Source of the DNA: an uncultured Thermodesulfobacteriota bacterium
GTDB taxonomy: Bacteria > Desulfobacterota > B13-G15
Reading direction: 5' to 3'
Assembly (NCBI GenBank): GCA_964480925.1
Contig: CAYZRR010000039.1
Coordinates: forward strand, 1 to 46,946
Length of the DNA stretch: 46,946 nt
Positions 37,296-46,092 of this stretch are shown here, piece by piece. Made by a program: the position numbers and the translations under genes. The notes under the pieces were generated by a model. It did not search any database and was not told the origin of the DNA. It saw only the letters and a list, made by a program, of their open reading frames with translations. Position 1 is the stretch's first letter; each line of letters begins with the position of its first letter.

Positions 37296-37722
37296 AGAAG
37301 TTTTTGTTATTTTGCTTTTTGCCCTTTTTCCCGTATTTAATACCTTAGGCGAGCAGAAGGTGCTTATTTATAATCCAGAAACGTTAAGGGATCCCTTTAA
37401 GCCCTTTATAAAAAGGGAAGAGCCCATTAGACCAAAAGGAGTAATTGAGTCTCCCCTTTTAAAATATGAATTGAGCCAATTGAAACTTGTGGCGATAATT
37501 GTAGGCGGAAATGAAGATAGGGCTATGGTAGAAGATTCAGAAGGAAAGGGGTACATCATTCGCATAGGTGATTATATAGGTAATCGATTTGGAAGGGTTA
37601 AAGAGATAAGGAAAGATGGCGTGATTATAGAGGAGGCTTATAAAGACATTGTAGGACGAATCCGGACAAAAGAGATCATTTTATATCTTCATCCTCAAGA
37701 GAAAGGAGAAAAGAAGCCATGA
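37279..37722 (+). CDS. pilP: type IV pilus assembly protein PilP
   Basis: Signal sequence, an LRDPFKPF motif and a beta-sandwich C-terminus. Called partly by its position upstream of pilQ. No lipobox Cys is visible. Confidence 0.65.
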   Translation: MRRNLKEVFVILLFALFPVFNTLGEQKVLIYNPETLRDPFKPFIKREEPIRPKGVIESPLLKYELSQLKLVAIIVGGNEDRAMVEDSEGKGYIIRIGDYIGNRFGRVKEIRKDGVIIEEAYKDIVGRIRTKEIILYLHPQEKGEKKP

Positions 37723-39089
37723 AGCTTAAATTTAAAGTTGTGATATTAATTATAACTTTTGGATTATACGGGATATTTTTGAATCTTTCTTCAGTGGGGG
37801 CTTCTTCAACAGATTCTGTTTCTATTTTAGAGCGTTTGATGAAAGGCGAAAAAGAGTATAGCGGGACTCGAATAAGTTTGGATTTAAAGGATGCAGATTT
37901 ACCCAATGTATTAAGGTTATTTGCCGATGTAGCAAAAGTTAACATTTTAGTCACAGAGGAAGTTAAAGGGAAAGTGACACTACGTCTTTTAAATGTTCCT
38001 TGGGATCAGGCGCTTGATATCATTTTGGTTACTAATAATTTGGGTATGGAATGGGTAGGTAATGTTATTCGTATTTCTACTTTAGAAAGACTTCAGAAGG
38101 AGAAAGAGGCAAGGGCACAAACTAAAGTGGCGGAAGAAGCTATAAAGCCCGTAAGCACCGAATTGATACCCGTAAGTTACAGTAAGGCTTCTGATCTTGT
38201 TCCTAAAGTAAAAGATCTTTTGAGTCCTCGAGGTAGTGTAGTTGTTGATGAAAGGACTAATACTCTAATCGTTAAGGATGTGGAGGAAAGAATCCTTATG
38301 GTGAAGGAACTTATAAATCGCCTTGATTCTCAAACTCCTCAAGTATTGATCGATGCTAAAATCGTTGAGGCTACGACGGAATTTAAAAGGGAGTTGGGCA
38401 TAAGTTGGGGTGGTGCTTATAACACAAGTTATGAGGGGGATAAGGTATCGATTTCCGGAGCTTCTGAGGGTACGATGAAGCAATCGGGTACCTCGGACTA
38501 TCTTTTAAACCTTCCCGCAACTGTGGGCATTGGGTCGGGAGGAGCGGTGGATTTCTATATTGGGAATATAGGGCGCTTTTTTGAGGCAAAGCTTTCGGCT
38601 ATGGAACAAAAGGGGCTTGGAGAAGTCATTTCGAGTCCGAGGGTTGTGACCTTGGATCACACAGAAGCTTACATTGAACAAGGTATAAGAATCCCCTATT
38701 TGAAGCTTACCACAGAGGGTACGGTTTCAACGGAATTTATAGATGCCACCTTGAAACTCACCGTTACTCCTCATGTTACTGCCAATGGACACATTAAGCT
38801 TGACATAGAATGTTCGAAGGAAACCCCAGATTGGTCACGCATAGTTCAAGGACAACCCACCGTTAAAAAGAGCAGGGCTAAAACTCAATTGATGGTAAGG
38901 GATGGAGAGGTGATCGTCTTAGGCGGGATCTATGAATATTCTAAAACTGGTAGCACCCAAGGGGTTCCTGGTTTAAAGGATTTGCCGCTTGTCGGTTGGT
39001 TGTTTAAAAACAAAACCAAAGCGGAAGATAGAAAGGAATTATTGATCTTTATAACTCCCCGGATACTTACACCTATGGCTAAGAACTAA
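37719..39089 (+). CDS. pilQ: type IV pilus secretin PilQ (short form, no AMIN domain)
   Basis: Signal peptide, an N0/STN-like domain (ISLDLKDADLPNVLRLFADVAKVNILV), an N1 domain, and a secretin core ending VPGLKDLPLVGWLFKN...LLIFITPRIL. Confidence 0.85.
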   Translation: MKLKFKVVILIITFGLYGIFLNLSSVGASSTDSVSILERLMKGEKEYSGTRISLDLKDADLPNVLRLFADVAKVNILVTEEVKGKVTLRLLNVPWDQALDIILVTNNLGMEWVGNVIRISTLERLQKEKEARAQTKVAEEAIKPVSTELIPVSYSKASDLVPKVKDLLSPRGSVVVDERTNTLIVKDVEERILMVKELINRLDSQTPQVLIDAKIVEATTEFKRELGISWGGAYNTSYEGDKVSISGASEGTMKQSGTSDYLLNLPATVGIGSGGAVDFYIGNIGRFFEAKLSAMEQKGLGEVISSPRVVTLDHTEAYIEQGIRIPYLKLTTEGTVSTEFIDATLKLTVTPHVTANGHIKLDIECSKETPDWSRIVQGQPTVKKSRAKTQLMVRDGEVIVLGGIYEYSKTGSTQGVPGLKDLPLVGWLFKNKTKAEDRKELLIFITPRILTPMAKN

Positions 39090-39094
39090 CTTAT

Positions 39095-40234
39095 ATGTCA
39101 TTTTTGCTCAAAAAGCGGCTTCTTGTTTTTTTACTTACATTAATCTCATTGGTGGCAAACGCCCTTGGATCCCCGGTTTTTGTACGTGACTTAAAAGCAT
39201 GGCAAGAGGGGGGGTGCGTAAAACTATTGATTTTTTTAGAAAAGGAGGTCTCATATAAGGTGGGTTTTTTAAAAAAAGACCCTTTACAAAACCGTCCTTC
39301 CAGGGTTTATATTGACTTTGCGCCTGCACGGATTTCTAACGAAGTTCCTTCTTCTTTGGAATTAGGTTCAAAAGGCTATAAGATAAGGGTAGGTCAATTT
39401 GATTCTAATACCGTTAGGGTAGTGGTGGAAGGTATAAACCTTTGTTATCATAAAGTTTTCAAATTGGATTTTCCCTTCCGTTTCCAGATAGAACTATATG
39501 AAGAAAAAAGCGTTACCTCTCAAGGGATGCAACCGTTAACCGTAGTCATAGATCCTGGACATGGAGGAAAAGACCCGGGAGCAATTGGTCCTACCGGTTT
39601 AAAAGAAAAAGACGTGGTTCTCAAAGTGGCAAAGATTTTACGAGAAAAGGTCGAAAAACGTTTAGGATGGAGAGTAATATTAACCCGTGAAAATGATGAC
39701 TTCCTTCCACTGGAAAAACGCACCGAAATTGCTAATAAAGTAGGGGGGGACCTTTTCATCTCCATTCACTGTAACGCTTCTTACAATAGGGTTCAAAAGG
39801 GCGTTGAGACCTATTTCTTAAGCTTCACTACCGATCGTGAAGCTTTAAGACTTGCAGCCCGAGAAAATGGAGTGCCTCTTTCAAAAATAGATGCGCTTCA
39901 ATTAATTTTATACGATTTAATGTTAAGGGCAAAAGTCGACGAATCGGAAAAACTGGCTTCCTTAGTTCAAACTTCCTTAATAAACACTCTAAACAACCCT
40001 CACAATCATACTCCAGATCTTGGTGTCAAACGTGCTCCCTTTATAGTACTTGTGGGGGCCAAAATGCCCTCGATACTTGTAGAAATCGGTTTCATTAGTA
40101 ATCCTGAGGAAGAACGAAAGCTTAAAGATGATTCATATTTGGAGAAAATAGCCGAAGGAATACTTTACGGGCTAGAAAATTATGCCAAAAGTTATCTTAC
40201 TCCTAAATTATTTACAGGAGGTTACTCTAATTGA
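39095..40234 (+). CDS. N-acetylmuramoyl-L-alanine amidase (Amidase_3, AmiC-like) with N-terminal AMIN domain
   Basis: Signal peptide. AMIN-like region (VKLLIFLEKEVSYKVGFLKKDP..RVYIDFAPA...IRVGQFDSNTVRVVVEG). Catalytic VIDPGHGGKDPGA, SIHCNA and ETYF. Confidence 0.85.
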   Translation: MSFLLKKRLLVFLLTLISLVANALGSPVFVRDLKAWQEGGCVKLLIFLEKEVSYKVGFLKKDPLQNRPSRVYIDFAPARISNEVPSSLELGSKGYKIRVGQFDSNTVRVVVEGINLCYHKVFKLDFPFRFQIELYEEKSVTSQGMQPLTVVIDPGHGGKDPGAIGPTGLKEKDVVLKVAKILREKVEKRLGWRVILTRENDDFLPLEKRTEIANKVGGDLFISIHCNASYNRVQKGVETYFLSFTTDREALRLAARENGVPLSKIDALQLILYDLMLRAKVDESEKLASLVQTSLINTLNNPHNHTPDLGVKRAPFIVLVGAKMPSILVEIGFISNPEEERKLKDDSYLEKIAEGILYGLENYAKSYLTPKLFTGGYSN

Positions 40235-41460
40235 AATCTAAATTATTTTACGGATGGATAATTGTAGCTGTAGCTTTTATTTCTATGGCTTTTTGGATGG
40301 GAATTAGGGCGAGTTTTTCAGTTTTCTACAGTCATTTGGTAGAGGTTTTTTCGTGGGGAAGAGGAGAAGCAGCAGTGGCTCAATCAATAAGTTTTGTGAT
40401 GTATATGGCTTTTGTTCCTATTATCGGTACACTCGTTGATCGTTTTGATCCTCGAAAGGTTGTAGTTTTAGGAGTTATTATTTGCGGGATTGGTTTGATC
40501 TTATGTGCTTTTATCAAAAATTTATGGACACTGTATATCTATTATGGGATAATTGCCGGTACCGGCATTTGTTTCATAAGTATAGTTACTTATTCCGCCA
40601 TCTTGTCCCGCTGGTTTGAAAGGAAAAGAGGGTTTGCTTCAGGGATTGCTACCTCGGGGATGGGAGTTGGTACATTTCTGTTAGTACTTTTTGCAGAGAG
40701 AATGATTCAAATTTTTGGGTGGCGTGAGGCTTTTATAATTTTAGGAATTATCACGTTGGGAGTACTTTTGCCCACAAATGGCCTTTTTTTACGTTCTAAA
40801 CCTCAAGAGATGGGCCTTGAGGTAGATGGATTATCCTGCTCTTTGTCGCTTGATGATATAAGAAAGAATGATTACCGTTTTTGGGATGCTTTAAGAACGC
40901 GTAAATTCTGGTTTCTTGTGTGTTTCGCCTCTTTTGCTCTTATGGGTATTCAGATCATACTTGTTCATAATGTCCGATTTTTAGTGGATAAAGGTATAGA
41001 TGTCAAAATTGCTTCAGTTGCTTTTGCGGTAGTGGGGATAATTTCTTCTCTCTTTAGGATCATTTGGGGATGGCTTTCGGATAGAATAGGAAGGGAGTGG
41101 TCATATAGTATTGGGGCTATATGTTTGGCACTTAGCGCTTTATGGCTTATTTTTGTATATCCTGAGAATGATCTCCCTTTATACCTTTTTGTTTTGTTTT
41201 TTGGGATAGGATGGGGAGCCACTGCTCCTTCTTTTATGGCTGTGGCAGCCGATTTGTTTAAAGGTGAACAATTCGGGGCTATTTACGGTTTTTTTGAGTC
41301 CGCTATGTATTTGTTATCGATAATTGGGGTGTGGATAGCGGGTTACATTTTCGACAAGTTTGGTACTTATAAGCCTTCTTTCTTATTGGTGATCGGTTCT
41401 TCTTTGATTTCCATAGTGTTTTTGTGGATTGTTGCACCAAGGAAAATCAAAAAGGCTTAA
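40231..41460 (+). CDS. MFS transporter (oxalate/formate antiporter-like family)
   Basis: TTG start with AGGAGG 9 nt upstream. About 12 predicted TM helices. LFYGWIIV N-terminus and a GTLVDRFDPRK loop 2-3 motif. Confidence 0.75.
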   Translation: MKSKLFYGWIIVAVAFISMAFWMGIRASFSVFYSHLVEVFSWGRGEAAVAQSISFVMYMAFVPIIGTLVDRFDPRKVVVLGVIICGIGLILCAFIKNLWTLYIYYGIIAGTGICFISIVTYSAILSRWFERKRGFASGIATSGMGVGTFLLVLFAERMIQIFGWREAFIILGIITLGVLLPTNGLFLRSKPQEMGLEVDGLSCSLSLDDIRKNDYRFWDALRTRKFWFLVCFASFALMGIQIILVHNVRFLVDKGIDVKIASVAFAVVGIISSLFRIIWGWLSDRIGREWSYSIGAICLALSALWLIFVYPENDLPLYLFVLFFGIGWGATAPSFMAVAADLFKGEQFGAIYGFFESAMYLLSIIGVWIAGYIFDKFGTYKPSFLLVIGSSLISIVFLWIVAPRKIKKA

Positions 41461-43526
41461 TTATTCGAAATTATCTTTTTTATAGTTTCTAATAATTTTA
41501 AACGGTCGAAAGGTTTAACTAATAAGAAATCAAACGGAATATTTTCACTTAAATTTGGATATCCAGTAATACAAATAATCTTGACTGTAGGGGAGAGTTT
41601 CTTAAAAGATGTTATTAAAGTTTTCCCATCAATATTAGGCATTACGAGATCTACTATTACGGTTTTTAAACTTCTTCTTAGAGTTTTAAATAATTCTAAA
41701 CCTTCTTCTGGATTTGTAGTTCCGATGACATTGATTCCTTCCTTTTCGAGTACCTCTTTTATAAAGGAAATTATCCTTTCTTCGTCATCTATAACTAAAA
41801 TTGTATGCGTTCCCATGGGAACTGAAGTTGTATTTTTTTCTTGTTGTTGTAAAAGGGGCAAATAGATATGAAAAGTGGTTCCTTGGGAGACATAACTTTC
41901 CACCTCGATGTTTCCTTTATGTTCTTTCACTATTCCATAAACCACTGCCAGTCCCAGTCCTGTGCCTTTGCCTTTTTTCTTTGTGGTGAAAAACGGATCA
42001 AATATATAAGGTAGATGTTCAGGAGGTATTCCTACGCCTGTGTCAGAAAGGGATAACTTTGCCTTTTTTTCTCCTCCCTTTTCTACAATAGTAGTAGATA
42101 TCCTTAGAGCCCCACCTTGAGGCATAGCATCAAATGCATTAAGTATAATGTTTACAATAGCCTGTTCGAGCATTATTGGATCAGCTTTTAGCATTAAAGG
42201 TTTTTCATATAAATTCACACTGATTTCAATGTTTGGTGGTTTAAGATTACTTATTAATTTCATACTTTCGCTTACCACCATATTTAAATCTATTGTTACC
42301 ATATCTAACGGTTTTTTCCGGGCAAAATCTAATAATTTAGATACAATTTGGGAAGCCGAGCGTGCTGCTTGTTCTATATCGTTAAGCCTTTGCAAAAACG
42401 ATTCTGTTAATGATTCCTGCATCCTTAATAACTCTACGTTTCCTAAGATTGCAGAAAGTATGTTGTTGAAATCATGGGCGATTCCTCCTGCCATTATACC
42501 TATCGATTCCATTTTCTGTGAATATATAAGTTCAGCTTGCATTTTCTTTCTTTCGGATATATCTCGGCAAAATAGCTGTATATATTTTTGATCATTTATC
42601 TCAATTAAAGATGAGCTTATTTCTAATGGTATTCTATTACCATCTTTAGTGTAATGTTCTGTTTCGTATAATAAAGTATGTTTCTCCATAAGCTCTTTTA
42701 TTTTTCTCTCCCACGGCATTGATTTGTTCGGTACTTCGAGCATTTGAATATTTAAACCTTCTAATACCTCAAATCCATGAAGCTTTGAGGCATAAGGATT
42801 GGCTTTAATAATAGTTCCTTTGAGATTTGTAATTATTATGCCTTCGTTTGCATTTTCAAAGAGCGTATTTAATAAAGTTTCACTCATATGAAGTTCTTTG
42901 CTTCTTTCTTCAACTAATTGTTCCAATTTATAAGAATATTCGGAAAGTAGCTCTTTCTCTTTCGCAAGTTCTTGAGTTAATGTTATTTCCTTTTGTAAAC
43001 GCTTATTATCAAGATATCTCCAAATTAACAATGTTAAATTGATAATGATTAAGAAAAAGAAATTGACTATAAAAATAATTTTGTTAGTGAAGAAAAACAA
43101 AGCAGGGATAATATAAATAGCACATATGGCAATAGCATTAAAAGAGGCCCAAATTATCGGTAAAGGGATCATTCCCAAGGAAAAAATGGAAAGCAAGATC
43201 AAACCGGCATAGTAAGGAGAATGGGGGCCTTCATGATTTAATATCATTAATTCTATAACAACAGCACATAACGATGTTGTAACCAAAATAAAAATATTTA
43301 GTGGCAGTCTTTTGTTACGTAATGTACTTAATACAAAATAGCATAATATTAAAAAAGCAGAAATCAACGTTCTTAGCAAAAGAAAAAGATAAAAACGAGC
43401 GGGTACAGTAAGATAATCTAATAAAGAAAGGAGTAAAAACAGAAAGGCCCCGAAAAGAAGGAGAAACTCTACACGTCTGTAAGTAATCTTATAAAACTCT
43501 TCCTGAACGTATTTTTCTTTTGTCAA
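41457..43526 (-). CDS. hybrid sensor histidine kinase: polytopic membrane domain + coiled coil + PAS + HisKA/HATPase + C-terminal receiver
   Basis: TTG start overlapping the upstream stop (TTGA). About 6 TM helices in the first 170 aa. H-box GGIAHDFNNIL, N-box ILNAFDAM, G1 DTGVGI and G2 GKGTGLGLAV. Receiver motifs ILVIDDEE...VIVDLVMPNIDG. Confidence 0.85.
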   Translation of the reverse strand: MTKEKYVQEEFYKITYRRVEFLLLFGAFLFLLLSLLDYLTVPARFYLFLLLRTLISAFLILCYFVLSTLRNKRLPLNIFILVTTSLCAVVIELMILNHEGPHSPYYAGLILLSIFSLGMIPLPIIWASFNAIAICAIYIIPALFFFTNKIIFIVNFFFLIIINLTLLIWRYLDNKRLQKEITLTQELAKEKELLSEYSYKLEQLVEERSKELHMSETLLNTLFENANEGIIITNLKGTIIKANPYASKLHGFEVLEGLNIQMLEVPNKSMPWERKIKELMEKHTLLYETEHYTKDGNRIPLEISSSLIEINDQKYIQLFCRDISERKKMQAELIYSQKMESIGIMAGGIAHDFNNILSAILGNVELLRMQESLTESFLQRLNDIEQAARSASQIVSKLLDFARKKPLDMVTIDLNMVVSESMKLISNLKPPNIEISVNLYEKPLMLKADPIMLEQAIVNIILNAFDAMPQGGALRISTTIVEKGGEKKAKLSLSDTGVGIPPEHLPYIFDPFFTTKKKGKGTGLGLAVVYGIVKEHKGNIEVESYVSQGTTFHIYLPLLQQQEKNTTSVPMGTHTILVIDDEERIISFIKEVLEKEGINVIGTTNPEEGLELFKTLRRSLKTVIVDLVMPNIDGKTLITSFKKLSPTVKIICITGYPNLSENIPFDFLLVKPFDRLKLLETIKKIISNN

Positions 43527-44929
43527 TTCTTCTCAATCATGTAAAAAGTAATAATTCCCGATGGCTCTCTTATCAAAGTTATTTGTGATTTAGAAATTCC
43601 AGCTTTATCTAATAACATAAAAATGTCATAAGGGGTCCTTTGTAAAAATGCATTCCAATTAACAATCCAATGGTACACACTGGGGTCATAAGCGTTCGCA
43701 TCTTTAAAAGCAATAATTAATTTGCCTTGTTTATTGAGTATTTCATACAATGATTCGAATAAACTTATAACAATTTCGTCTGAAAGATAATCGAACAGAC
43801 CGATGCTGTAAATCAAATCGTATTTTCCGAATTCTTTTAAAATTCTTTCTGTTTTTACCATTCTGATAGCGTTATATTTTCTAAATGAAACTTGGTTATC
43901 GATACCGAGTAAAGAAGCTCTTCTTGCTGCAAAATCTAAAGCTTCATCATCAAGGTCAACACACGTAATATGTGCTTTTGATTCTTTTATTTCTTCGGTA
44001 AGTTCTATAAACTCTCGACAAGATCCACAACCAATATTTAAAACCTTCAAGTCATGTCGCGCGGTGAATTCTTTTTTTAGCAATGTTATCATTGTATTTA
44101 ACCTACCTCTTACTGCTTCTGCTAACTTAGCACGCAAGAAAATTTTGTCAAGGATCTCTCCTATTCCTGACGAAAGGGGCATGTTTCTATAAATTAGTTC
44201 CAAAAGCTTATAATCACCTGGATAACCCTTGGGCCATTTTCTTGCGTAATTTATGAAATAGCTTTTGGAAAAAACCGAATCCGTTTTTTCAAAGATGTCC
44301 CTTTTAAATTTTGAAAGGAAATCGTTATCACATATTCCCAACTCTTCTATCTCACGGCACAAATTGGCGATAGTATAGATATCGTTCTCTAAATCTAACA
44401 TTATCATTTCATTTGGCACCGTTTGATTTTTATGATTATCCACAAAATCGCATTTTTTGACAAATTGATCTATAGACGAATATATACTCTCTAATTTTGT
44501 TTTTAATAACTTTTTTTCAAATTCTTCGAGGAAAAGTGGAGAATAAAAATCAAGGGGAAAACCGCAAGAAGAGCAAATATTATCTTTGCTAGTTTTCAGC
44601 ATTCCACAGAATGGACAGTTACTTTGAGGTAGATGCTCTTTTATAGTATCAAAAATAGCCTGTTTTACTTTTAAATCTGGAGATTTAAAGCGTACAGCCA
44701 CTCCTTCATCTTCACTCCTTAAAACAATTCCTTTGGTTTCGATATTTTCGTCTTGAAGCTTAAAAATTAATTTTGTCCAGAATCCCTTTGATAAGTAATT
44801 TTTTAAGGAAAGAAAAGCTCCATGTAAACTCAAGTTTTTGGTGTATGTATCACAATGAGACATTTCCTCATTAGTGTAAATCACCCTTACTGGTACCTTA
44901 AGATTACACCTAAGGTCATAACGTCTCAT
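43523..44929 (-). CDS. PilZ domain + zinc ribbon + class I SAM-dependent methyltransferase fusion protein
   Basis: Start moved to ATG 44929 (GGAGG 6 nt upstream). PilZ signature RRYDLR (RxxxR, aa 2-7) and NLSLHG (NxSxxG, aa 32-37). CPFC-x10-CSSC zinc ribbon. Methyltransferase motifs VLNIGCGSCREF, CVDLDDEAL and DLIYSIGLFDYL. Confidence 0.75.
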   Translation of the reverse strand: MRRYDLRCNLKVPVRVIYTNEEMSHCDTYTKNLSLHGAFLSLKNYLSKGFWTKLIFKLQDENIETKGIVLRSEDEGVAVRFKSPDLKVKQAIFDTIKEHLPQSNCPFCGMLKTSKDNICSSCGFPLDFYSPLFLEEFEKKLLKTKLESIYSSIDQFVKKCDFVDNHKNQTVPNEMIMLDLENDIYTIANLCREIEELGICDNDFLSKFKRDIFEKTDSVFSKSYFINYARKWPKGYPGDYKLLELIYRNMPLSSGIGEILDKIFLRAKLAEAVRGRLNTMITLLKKEFTARHDLKVLNIGCGSCREFIELTEEIKESKAHITCVDLDDEALDFAARRASLLGIDNQVSFRKYNAIRMVKTERILKEFGKYDLIYSIGLFDYLSDEIVISLFESLYEILNKQGKLIIAFKDANAYDPSVYHWIVNWNAFLQRTPYDIFMLLDKAGISKSQITLIREPSGIITFYMIEKN

Positions 44930-45000
44930 ATTAATCCTCCTTAAATAAAACACTTCTACAAATTTTTAAGCAATTATTGTGCCTTACGTTTAATGGGTAT

Positions 45001-46092
45001 TTAAGTGGTCAAGAAAGCATGCGTGTGATTAAACTCTTCCCACACCTGGGAAAATTTTTCCTCTATTGAGAGAAAATTTTCCACAATGATGGGGTCAAGG
45101 GCATGTCCTTCTTCCATTTTTATGAGTTCCACACTTTCTTCATGGCCGAAAGGGGGTTTATAGGGTCGATTCGCCCTTAGAGCATCATACATATCCACCA
45201 AGGCCATTATTCGGGCAGATAGGGGTATTTCTTCCCCGATTAGCCCATCGGGATACCCTTTTCCATCCCATCTCTCATGATGCCATCTGGCGATCTCGAT
45301 GCCCATATTTATAAAATTGTTCTTAGGATATTTCTTCCGAACTTCTTCCAGTGCTCGGGCGCCGATAAGCGTATGCTGTTTCATTATCTCTTTTTCAGCT
45401 GGAGTAAGGGCCCCGGGTTTTAGGAGAATATCATCAGGAATCCCTATTTTCCCTATGTCATGTAAAGCAGAAGCCCAATATATAGTGTTTATAAATTCAT
45501 CATCAATTAGCGATTTATAGTAACTGTTATTTTTTAAAGAATTGGCTAATAATTTGCAAAAAGTTTGCACCCTTTCAATATGTTGTCCAGTTTCTACATT
45601 ACGATATTCTACAAGTTTAGATATAGCGACAATTGTTGAAAGTTGTGATTCGAAAATTTCCTTCGCTTTTTCCTCTACAAGCTTTAATAATTCTAAATTA
45701 TACTTTTTAAGTTGTAAGTTAGCTTCCCTAAGTTCAAGATGTGTTTTAACTCTTGCTAAAACTTCTCTTATGTGATATGGTTTTGTTATATAATCAGAAG
45801 CTCCTGCAGAAAATGCCTTAATTTTGTTATTTACATCTTCAATGGCCGTTATAAACAATATGGGTGTTTCCGATAAATTTGGGTTTTGCTTTAAAATTCT
45901 ACACAATTCAATACCGTTAAGTTCTGGCATTAAAATGTCCAAGATTATTATATCTGGAGGATCGTTTAAAGCTGACTTTAAAGCTTTTAATGGAGAATCG
46001 AAAGGACGTACGTCATATCCTGCTGTCTGAAGCATTTCCGTTAGTAATTTAAGATTAGCCACATCATCATCAACTATCATTATGGTTGACAT
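45001..46092 (-). CDS. response regulator with HD-GYP c-di-GMP phosphodiesterase output domain (RpfG-like)
   Basis: Receiver motifs IMIVDDD...IILDILMPELNG...ITKP. HD-GYP motifs ALHDIGKIGIPD and HHERWDGKGYPDGL. Confidence 0.9.
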   Translation of the reverse strand: MSTIMIVDDDVANLKLLTEMLQTAGYDVRPFDSPLKALKSALNDPPDIIILDILMPELNGIELCRILKQNPNLSETPILFITAIEDVNNKIKAFSAGASDYITKPYHIREVLARVKTHLELREANLQLKKYNLELLKLVEEKAKEIFESQLSTIVAISKLVEYRNVETGQHIERVQTFCKLLANSLKNNSYYKSLIDDEFINTIYWASALHDIGKIGIPDDILLKPGALTPAEKEIMKQHTLIGARALEEVRKKYPKNNFINMGIEIARWHHERWDGKGYPDGLIGEEIPLSARIMALVDMYDALRANRPYKPPFGHEESVELIKMEEGHALDPIIVENFLSIEEKFSQVWEEFNHTHAFLTT

